Source of the DNA: Octopus vulgaris
Taxonomy: Eukaryota
Assembly (NCBI GenBank): GCA_951406725.2
Contig: OX597833.1
Coordinates: forward strand, 38,626,001 to 38,690,000
Reading direction: 5' to 3'
Length of the DNA stretch: 64,000 bases
How positions within the stretch are numbered: position 1 is the stretch's first letter; each line of letters begins with the position of its first letter. The notes beneath the pieces are model-generated. The model saw only the letters and a program-made list of their open reading frames with translations, made no database searches and was not told where the DNA came from. A program made the position numbers and the translations under genes. Positions 53,478-64,000 of the stretch are shown here, piece after piece.

Positions 53478-55382
53478 ATGATATGCTACTGGGCACTGTG
53501 AGCAACATGGTAACGATTCTTCCAGCTTGCTGCTTTTGAAGAGTAGCAGATAATGTTCATTTCAGATTTTGGCACAAGGCCAGCAATTTCAATGCAGGGG
53601 TAAGTTGATTACAATGACCCCACTGCTCATCTGGTACTTATTTTTCATTGACCCCCAAACGGATGAAAGGCAAAGTCGACCTTGGCAAAAATTGAACTCA
53701 GAATGTAAAGACAGATGAAATGCTGCTACGCATTTTGAACAGCACAGTAACAACTCTGCCAGTCACTGCTTTAATAGAGGAGAAGATAATATATTAATTA
53801 CATGCATAAAAGTGGTGAGCTGGCAGAATCGTTAGCATGCCTGGCTAAATGCTTCGTAGCATTTTGTCTGTCTTTACATTCTAAGTTCAATTTCTGTCAA
53901 GGTCGACTTTGTCTTTCATCCTAATGGGGTCGGTAAAATAAGAAGCAGTTGAGGACTGAGGTTGATGTAATTGATTTAACCCCTCCCCTGGAATTGCTGG
54001 CCCTGTGCAAAAAATTCAAATCAGTATCAAGACATGTATAGAGTTGTAGACAACGTCGAAGGATGAATTACACGTTTCTTCAACATACACACTCTTTCTC
54101 TCTTTTTTCTTTCTCTTTTACTTGTTTGTCATTTGACTATAGCCATGCTGGAGTACCGCATTTAGTGGAGCAAATCGACCCCAGGACTTATTCTTTGGAA
54201 GCCTAGTACTTATTCTATCGGGCTCTTTTGCCAAACTGCTAAGTTACGGGGACGTAAACACACCACCATCGGTCATCAAGCGATGTTGGGGGGACAAACA
54301 CAGACACACAAACACACACATATATATACATATATATATATGACGAGCTTCTTTCAGTTTCCGTCTACCAAATCCACTCACAAAACTTTGGTCGGCCAGA
54401 GGCTATAGTAGAAGATACTTGCCCAAGGTGTCACGCAGTGGGACTGAACCCCGAACCATGTGGTTGGTAAGCAAGCTACTTATCACACAGCCACTCCTGA
54501 CAGAGATTACTTCACATATTTGTTTGCATATGTATAAGTAAGAGTAGGTGGATAGTTGAATGACCAAAACAAGTTTGCTTTGCAATCAAGTTGTCCTAGA
54601 TTGAACTAGCTACACAACATATTGGGCAAATGACTTCTAGCATAGCCTTGATAGCAGTGGCTTAGTTTTTATTTATTAGTTTTTTTTTTTTAGTATTTTT
54701 CATATTTGTGTGCATTCATATGTAAGTGTTGATGGTACAATTTATGTACTTATATACATTTCAATAGGTGGATGTTCTTTCTACCAAAAACCATTCAGTG
54801 AGAGTGAAAAATCATGGCAAACAAAGCCAGGTACCTTTCTGCAGAGTGTGGAGACAGAAGACAGCAACTACAGGGTTGAATTTGTGGCAATATAATTAGG
54901 AGTTGAACACTTTAATTTTATACACATTAAAGGTCACATGAAAAGAAGTCCTTAGTCGTTATGGTTAATTAATATAGTTCAGAGCAATAAAATGGAAGTG
55001 AACACAAAGAGATTTCTAGATAACAGTAATCAGATTCCAACCAAGGAGTTGAAAATTTAGAAAGATTATAGCAAATGAATAATTACAGCCTTTCATTTCT
55101 ACCTGATATTACGGGAGAGGCTTCTACATGACTTTTCAACCTGTTAGAAATAACAGCTAAATCTCCCTCATCATTCCTCATCTTAAAAAAAAAAAAAGAG
55201 GACACATTGGATATGTAGTCCCAGATACCTCTAAGTAGATAGGATAGACATGGTAGGGATGCCTTTGATCACAGGTCTATTCCATCAAGGTTGACCTGGT
55301 GTTAAATGACAACAATCTGACATAAACAAGACATATTTGTGTCTCAATATGCCCGATGTACCTGGCTAATCTACTACCTTAA

Positions 55383-56056
55383 CCCTTTCATTACCATATT
55401 TAATTTGAAACATGCTACCTTCATTTCATTTAATTTTGAAAATAATGAATTTAGTAAAATAACCTTATTTTTTTTCTTTTCAAGTTAGAGCTTGGAACAT
55501 AAATTAACATGGAATTCTGGTGGAAGATTTTAATTTAGATCTATTTAACCCTTTAGCACTTAAACTGGCCATATTCAGCCCAAATATTTTATGTTTTATG
55601 TTCAAACCAGCCAGTTCTGATCTCTCACACTTACCCTACAATGTCATTCTAAAAATGCAACGATCACATTATTGGACTCTCAAAGCTATTAGACAATGCA
55701 TGATTAATTCAAAACAATGTGAATAAATAATCATTACATTTGACAAAGTAATCTGAATACTAAAGGGTTAAACCAAGAAGTTTGTATCATAGAACAAGGT
55801 GCATTCTTAGGGGGGTTGGTATCAAAAGAGTTAACCTTTTTGATACCAACCTGCTTCAGATCACTCTTGGTTCTATGATACAAATTCACTGTTTTAAAAT
55901 GATCTTAATTAAAATCTCCAATCAAAATTTTGCGTTAATTTATATTCCAAGCACAAGCTTAATAAGAACACAATTATTTTAATAAATTCTTCACTGGTTT
56001 TAAAATTAATTGAAACAAAGGCAGCGTATTTCAACAGAAATGTGGTAACAAAAGGA
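55383..56056. mobile_element. Cluster of three TTAA piggyBac-type MITEs (one nested, two inverted and sharing a TTAA)
   Basis: A 55383-55830 contains B 55549-55767 at a TTAA. C 55835-56056 is an inverted copy of the A family. Confidence 0.75.
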
Positions 56057-57496
56057 TTAAAGTGAAGACTACACCTTCAAGTTCTAAATCTTAGAGTAGG
56101 ATGCTTCAGTATAAAAACAAGATGGAAATAGCTTAAATGCTGGATGCTGGTTAAATCTCCAGTCTGCTGCCTCCAGGTCTTAGGTTTACACAAACTGAGC
56201 TGACCCACAAACAACCCCAGAAAATATCACTACTACAAATCATACACATTTATACAAGTAAAAACATAGTTTTCTTCTTCTCATTTCATGGAGAGCACAG
56301 ATGACCAGACATTCAGCTGACAATCATATTGAAAGCTTGAAGCTATGAGATAATGCTTCGTTGTCGTCGTCATCGTCATTATTTAATGTCCATTTTCCAT
56401 GCTGGTATGGGTTTGACTAGAACTAGCAAGTCTAGGGGCTGCTTCAAACTCCATCGTCTGCTCTGGCATGGTTTCTACAGCTGGATGTCCTTCCTAATGC
56501 CAACCACTTTACAGTGTGTACAGGGTGCTTTTTATGTGGCATGATGAATTCAAAACAATGCAAATAAATAAGTATTACATTTGATGATAATTTGAATGCA
56601 AAAGGGCTAAAAATGGCAAGGTGCAATATGAGTGAGATTTGGTTGCTGTTTCTAGTAGATTGAGCAACAATATGAAGGCTCCCTTATTTACTAGGTGGTT
56701 AGCATGCAAATTAGATGACACAGTTCACATAGTTGTACACAACAAATGGTTCATATTGGGTGGTGCAGATACCCTAGATCTGAGTGGGTGTCACGTGTTC
56801 TATGTTGTGTAATTTACATTTGCAGGTAGTGCCAGTACTGTGGAACTGATGAGTTTTCCATTAGTTTGTAGCAATAAACCAAATTCCTCTGGTATCCTAT
56901 TCAAGAAAAATCTGTATTAATCTGCTTAATCTAACAGGAACAAAAATTTCACATAATTCTATGGATCTTTATCATTTGGAAGAGAAAAGATTGCATTCTG
57001 AATTTATGGTAGAATAAATCATACATTTTGGGAAGGGGGGGGAGAGAGAGAGAGAGAGTATTTTTGATTAAATTAACCCCAGGACTTCAGTAGTTTATCG
57101 ACCTCAGTAATAAAACAAGCAAAGCTGATTCCTGGTAGGATTTGAACTCAGATCATAGACATCTTTAAATAGCACAGGATATTTTTCTCTGGCACTCTGA
57201 TAAATCTATGTCTGGTGTCTGTCATTGGAATTGCAACTAGTTGGCAATCTCCATGTCATATGTCTGTAATCATTGAGCATGCTTGGCTTGTTTCTGATGC
57301 TGTGAATTCACTGGTTGGTGCTGGTTCAATCCTTTCCAAATGAATGGCAATACAAGAAGTACCAATTCTGCAAATCCACTGCCCTTATATTATAATAATA
57401 ATAATAATAACAACAACAACAATTTCTAGCATAGGTACAGGAAAGGGGTACAGTCAAATTAATTCTAGCATAATAGACAAATATAAAACAACTGAC

Positions 57497-58045
57497 CTGC
57501 GCCAAAGGGACACTATCATCACTATCGTCGCTGCTCTCGCGGCTTGGTGAAGACGTGGAATTTGACGTGGCTGGTGATCCTTGCTTGATGGCAGTCTGGA
57601 ATCCTAACTGTGTGGTCATCTGTGACTGGCTGATGGTCAACAAAGGCTGCTGTTCTCTCTGCATTAGTTCTGGTGGGTGCGACAAGTTTGCTGAGTAGAG
57701 GCCACCCAGGTCTGTAGGACATGACGTCGTCACCGTGTCAGTGGGGTATGTACTTTCTGAGGTTGACATAACGCTGTTTAACACACTGATATCAGGCACG
57801 TCCAGTGAGTTCTGTGGAGGGAACTTTGGTATCAATGACTGTTGGTTCTGGTTGAGTGAGTCCAGTACAGAACAGTCAACTGACAAGTCCGAGGAATGTG
57901 ACAGAGGCTGTGTGAGGTTGTTTAGTTCAATGTCCAGAACTTGCTGGCCATGTAAGGCTCGTGTCTGATAGTTCAAGGCAGAATCAGCCAGCCCTAAAGG
58001 TGGAATGTTGAAGTCCTCATCTCCAAAACTTGGCGCATGGAAAGG
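57497..58045 (-). CDS. TOX: TOX-family HMG-box protein, N-terminal-region exon (start exon upstream, not identified)
   Basis: ctttag|PFHAPSFGDEDFNIPPL..SRESSDDSDDSVPLAQ|gtcagt, matching the TOX motif FHTPSLGDEEFEIPPI. 549 nt, phase 0-0. Confidence 0.92.
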
Positions 58046-59444
58046 CTAAAAGATAGGGAAGAAAAGATAAAAGGAACATTAGAAAACTTTTATATAAATA
58101 GGCTTTACATTAGCTACAACAACAACAACAACAACAGCAAAGAAACAAACTTCATAACATGACAGACTATCATGAAAATACAAAAACATATAAGTAATAA
58201 TATTTTTATTCTCCTGGTTCCAGCCAATTAGCTATGTCTGTGCTGGGGTGTGACAATACAGTTATATACTAGGAAATAATAATTAGTACATAAAATACAG
58301 AAAAATATTGATTAGCATTTTATATCACTGGAAAATAAAATAAAAATTGTATAACATCATCATAATTTTAATGTCTACTTTTCCATATTTGCATGAACAG
58401 AGTTTATTGAGGCAAATTTTCTTCCTGTTGCTAACTCTCACCTGTTTCCAAGCAAGGTAATATTTCCTCATGGCTTGATATGTTTTTGTGCCGGAGACAT
58501 GTAAAAGGCACCTGTGCTGGTGACACGTAAAAGGCACCTGTGCTGGTGACATGTGAAAAGCACCTGTGCTGGTGAAATGTAAAAGACACCCAAATACATT
58601 CTGTGAAGTGGTTGGCATTAGGAAGGGGATCTAACTGTAAAAACCAAACCAAAACGGACAGGAACTTGGTGCAGCTGTCTGGCTCACCAGTTCCAGTCAA
58701 ACTATCAAACAGTGTAACCCATGCCAGTATTGAAAATGGATGCTAAATGATGATGATAACGATGATGAATGACATTCATTATATTATATAAAAAAATCCT
58801 TAAATCCTTAAAAATCTTTTAGCCCGAAGGCTGTGGCCATGCTGGGGCACCACCGCTGTAAAAAAATATGGAACGCTTCACGAATAAAATCTGAGGGATT
58901 GGGATCATAGGATATTAAATATAAGCAAAAAAATATTTCCCCAGTCATTCTGTTGTCTTGGCCATCCCTGACTAATATCATGAAAAGATATTTATCTCAT
59001 TAATAACAATAAACTATAATGAACGAGCCAGACAAGATAGAAGTCTACATGGCTGTTTGAGCTTTTTTAAAAAACTTTTTTTTTTACTTGTTTCAGTTAT
59101 TGGACTGCAGCTGTGCTAGAGCATCACATTGGAGGATTTTACTTGAACAAATTGACCCCAGGACTTATGTCTGGTACTTGTTGCATGGAGTTAAGTCAAA
59201 TTGTTATTAACCCTTCAGTATTCAGATTAATTTATCAAATTTAATGCTTATGTATCCAAATTAAAAAAAAAAAAAATCAATCATGTAATATCTTGTAGCT
59301 TCAAGATTTTGACGATGTGAGTGTTTATTTTTAGAATGACATTGTAGGATAGGTATGAGAGGCTGGATCTGGCCAGTTTTAACATAAAAGGGAATATTTG
59401 GGCTCATTCAAATGTTGAGTGCTACTTTCTTTCGTTTGTCCACT

Positions 59445-59477
<33 letters not shown>

Positions 59478-61049
59478 GACAAACTTCCAATTTCTACTCA
59501 AGTTCAATAACAAGGCACTGGTTGTCCGAGGACTATAACAGAAAACACTTGCCCAGGGTGCTGCACAATGGGACTGAAACCCAAAACCACAAGGCTGCAA
59601 AATGAGCTTCTTAACCACACATCCATGGGCAGCCAAATCTTTCTGAACCCACACTTTACTGTTTTGGGAAAACAAAGAATACATTAGTTAAAGTAGGAGT
59701 AGCTGTGTGGTAAGTAGCTTGCTTACCAACCACATGGCTCCGGGTTCAGTCCCACTGCGTGGCATCTTGGGCAAGTGTCTTCCACTATAGCCTCGAGCCG
59801 ACCAAAGCCTTGTGAGTAGATTTGGTAGATGGAAACTCAAAGAAGCCCGTCGTATATATGTATATATATATATGTGTGTGTGTATGTTTGTGTTTGTCCC
59901 CCCTAGCATTGCTTGACAACCGATGCTGGTGTATTTATGTCCCCGTAACTTTGGGGTTACAAAGAATAAGTCGATTTACTCGACTAAAGGCGGTGCTCCA
60001 GCATGGCCGCAGTCAAATGACTGTAACAAGTAAAAGAGTAAAGAGTATGGAATGCCTTTGATCATAGGTTTGTCTGCTGGATCAAAGCTGACTTAAGCCT
60101 AAGCAATGACAACAATACAAAAGTGCTACTGATGCCAAAATGGTAACTGTGACAGGAGAAAGGAACAGAGTATCATTGTATCAAAACCCCAGTACAATCC
60201 AGGTTAGTTAGAGTGAAAGGCAAGTTGATCCTTGTGACATTTGAATTCAGAAATGAAAGAAAGATGGAAACATAAACTAAAATTAAAAGAACCCCCACCC
60301 CGAAAACCAAAACAACAACAAAAAATCTCAGGAAAAACAAAACAAGTATTTTCATCTTATTGTTTCAGTCAGCTACTGCCTTACAAAAGGCTCTAATTAT
60401 CATAATTACTGAATGTGAAATGTACACATTTCATGTAATCAATGATTAAAGAAGAACATGAAATTAATTAGAAGGTAACGAACGTTGTTCCAGACACGAC
60501 AGAAAAAAGTTGTAAGTGCTGCTTTTTTTTCTTTTTCTTTTCTTTTTTTAGATTTCTAGTAATTGTCACAAAGGTAGGTAAGCAAGACTCATCATCATCA
60601 TTATTATCATTATCATTATTATTATTATTGTTATGTAAGTTCAATTGAAAAGAAATATATCTACAATCAAATATTTCCTCTGCATCAAGAAATAAACAAA
60701 CAGTCCCTTTCCTAGCAAATACACACAAACATAACACACACACGGGGGGGGGGGGAGACATGTGTGTGTGTGGGAGATGTGGTAGTGTGTGAGATTAGGG
60801 TTTATATAGCCATATATTTCAAATGCAGCATTAATGAAGGGAGCGAGTGGGGTGTGACAAATGTGAGATAGGTAGGTGAGTGTATGTGCAGGGGGGAAGT
60901 AAGGGAAGGTGATTGATGGTGTGTATGTATGTACAGTGAGTGAAGAGGTGGTGGAAAGATAAAAGGGATGGAAAACACAATAAAAAAATAATATAACAAA
61001 AAAGAATAAAATACAAAAATGCATTATCTCTTGTGATGTTAGGCTGAGT

Positions 61050-61810
61050 ATATAATTAAAGTTGTCCAGCACAGCTGACACACTGAATAATACAGCTTTC
61101 TTCTTGCTCTATCCCCAGCCTTCCTACTACTCCCACCAACACTCATATTAATAATGGTTTGTGAAGTGATAGGGGAGAAGGGTAGATGAGAAAACGGGAG
61201 TGGGGTGGGGGGGTGTTCGACTTCCTCACCACCGCCGCCACTACAAGTTATACCACTGCCAACAACACTATATAGCAACATCCCACCACCACCACCATCA
61301 TCACCACTGCTGATAACACTATAGCCACCACCACCACCACTGCCAACAACAACATAAACTGCTGCCATAACCACCACTACAACTACAACTGGGAAGATCC
61401 CAGTACCCTTCAATACTACCTCCTGCACCAATGCTAATACTTGATTGTCACTGTCGATATCACAACTACCACCAGTACTGTATCATTAGTTGCTGCTGCT
61501 GCTACTACTGCACCATCAATACCTCACCTATATTATCATCACCATCAATACTGGGGCCCCAATACCTTCCTGCACTAATGCTGACTGTCATAACCATTGA
61601 TACTGTCACCAATACTGTGACCTCTGACATCACTATTACCACCACCATTACCATCAGCAATGCTGTGACCACTAATAACATTATTACCAGTACTATTACC
61701 ACTAATACCATCACGAATACCGGCCACCACCAATACTGTGACTGTCTCACTAATACCTTCCGTTCTGGCTGCAATCAGCACCAGAGCACAGCAGCTGTTG
61801 ACCACCACTA
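61050..61810. repeat. Degenerate ACC/ACT/ATC low-complexity tract
   Basis: Decayed trinucleotide runs. Confidence 0.7.
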
Positions 61811-63438
61811 AGGCATTAAAACTACAGTTTTGTTTAAGGATAAAAGTAGAACTCTATATGATCAAAGAACTTCACATATATTGATGGCAGAGTCAGGGTT
61901 TGGGGGCAAGATAAGAGAGAGTGGGGAGCCGTTGTGGGAAAGGGAAGCTTCGTTGTGGTTCTTTAATGCAGTAGTGGTGGTGGTGATGATGGTGATGGGA
62001 GAATGGAATAGATAAATATTTGATGGTATTGTCATAAAAACATTAACAAAAGAAAAAAGAAAACCAGGACAGAAAATTTAATGAGGGAAGAGAAAATATT
62101 TAATAGCTGGAATAATTTCCTTTTAGTAATAAGACAAGGTCTATTTTGCGTTGGTTTGGGAGATATAATTAATTGAACCGATGACCACAGTGTATATTAA
62201 TTTATAGGCAACACTATCTTAAAAGGACAAAAGGAGGAATAGTTAATAAGACCTCAATGGAATTTGGACTGGAGCTTAAGGTTACTTAATTACATATCAT
62301 AAATTACTTTATTCATGATGATGATGATAACTACGGTTGTAAAATAGACACACAAGAAAACAAAAACATAAATATCTTTTATCTTTTACTTGTTTCAGTC
62401 ATTAGACTGTGGGCATGCTGAGGGACAGCCTTGATGAATTCTTAGTTGAATGAATTGATCCTAGTACTTATAGGGACATAAACAAACCATTACTGGTTGT
62501 CAAGCGGTGGAGAGGAACAAACATACACACGTACACACACATGATCGGCTTCTTTCAGCTTCCGTCTAACAAATCCACTCACAAGGCTTTGGTCAGCCTG
62601 AGGGTATTATTGTAGAAGTGGTTGGCGTTAGGAAGGGCATCCAGCTGTAGAAACACTGCCAAATCAGACTGGAGCCTGGTGCAGCCTCCATGGCTTATCA
62701 GATCCCAGTCGAACCGTCCAACCCATGCTAGCATGGAAAACGGACGTTAAATGATGATGATGATGATGATGCTTGCCCAAAGTACCACGCAGTGGGACTG
62801 AACCCGGAACTATGTTAGGAAGCTAACTTCTTACCACACAGCCACACTTGCACCTTACTCTATCAAATGTAAAGCTTGTTTATTCAAATTGTTTTGAATA
62901 AATCATACAATATTTTGAAGCTACAAGACTTTGATGCGATTGTTTATTTTTAGAATGACATGGTATGGTAGGTGTGAGAGGCCAGATCAGGCCAGTTTGA
63001 ACATACGATAGGTAGAATATTTGTGCTGGAAAAGGCTGGTTCAAAATGCTCAAGGGAGTGAGACATAGAAAAACAATCTCTAACAGTCTGTTGCAATTGT
63101 TTAGTCTCAGGTCAACCTTGATGAGCAAATCCACAATCAGAAACATTTCATCTATGAACACTGTTTTTAAGGCCTCTTGGACATTATTTTTAATGCACTC
63201 ATTTCTTTAATCTGGTAAGGTATAATTTGGGAGAGATTTAACTGCTACTTCTAGCAAGCTGAACTCTCATTGGTGGTAGTGTATGCATGTGTGTGTGTGT
63301 GTGCACGTGTGTTCGCTCTGCTTGGAATAAAATTATAGCAATTAGAATAATTGAACCATACAACAGTTAACAAATTTTTACCATTGAGCAAGCTGAGGGG
63401 AAGAATGTAACCAGTAAATTCTTCCAAAAGTGCCTTAA

Positions 63439-63659
63439 CCCATTCGTTACTGTATTTATTTTGAGATGCTCTGTGTTTCTTTCAATTACTTTAAATATAA
63501 CAAAGAATTTAGTAAAATAACTTGGTTATCATTAAGCTAGTGTTTGGAACATAAACTGTGACTAAGGTTTGGTGGAAGATTTTAATTCAAAACTTATGAA
63601 AACAAGACATTTGTACTATAGAGCCAGAGCCGGTTTCAGCCGGGTTGGTAATGAAAGGG
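63439..63659. mobile_element. TTAA-flanked piggyBac-type MITE
   Basis: TTAA|CCCATTCGTTAC ... GTAATGAAAGGG|TTAA. Same family as element A at 55383. Confidence 0.75.
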
Positions 63660-64000
63660 TTAAAATGATATTAAACAAATGAAATGAAGGAAGGAATCTA
63701 TGCCATTAATAATTAAATCAGTTCTTAATTGTGAAGGTGTGTGGCTTAGTGGTTAGGGTATTTTAGCTCATGAGAGTAAGGTTGTGAGTTCAACTACCAG
63801 TGGTTCATTGTATTCTTGAGCAAGATACTTTATTTCACATTGCTCCAGTCCACTCCAGAGACAAAAATTAAGTTGTACCTGTATTTCAAAGGGCCAACCA
63901 TATCACATTTTGTGACATGCTAAATTTTCTTGAAAACTTTGTTAAGGGTATGTGTATCTGTGGAGTGTTCAGCCACTTGAATGTTAATTTCTCAAGCAGG

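Noticed and set aside
58495-58590. 26-bp tandem repeat TAAAAGGCACCTGTGCTGGTGACACG
   Set aside because: It is an internal tandem repeat of an RTE-tailed SINE family that also occurs at about 19050-19170.
61039-61811. Possible upstream TOX exons
   Set aside because: Low-complexity tract with no TOX similarity and no convincing splice sites.

Overview
Eukaryotic, AT-rich, repeat-dense animal DNA. The SINE families and microsatellite load point to an octopus-like cephalopod (inference). The window contains: (i) seven coding exons of a minus-strand TOX-family HMG-box gene (58045 to 29563; 447 codons plus stop; start exon not found); (ii) the first coding exon of a minus-strand D-2-hydroxyacid dehydrogenase (glyoxylate-reductase-like) gene that runs off the left edge; (iii) three identical intronless tRNA-Arg(TCT) genes at about 2.3-2.5 kb spacing, separated by foldback DNA elements and a 5' U2 snRNA fragment; (iv) a 5S rRNA pseudogene; (v) many mobile elements: Helitrons, GG..CC 8-bp-TSD MITEs, Tc1/mariner, TTAA piggyBac-type MITEs, an RTE LINE and tRNA-SINEs. 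The most unusual items are a TSD-flanked 362-bp insert combining a tRNA-like Pol III head with two inverted minimal hammerhead-ribozyme motifs (53116-53477), a second hammerhead-like motif at about 21530, and several long hairpins in the TOX introns. No prokaryotic system or CRISPR array is present. Most long ORFs in the track are microsatellite artefacts.
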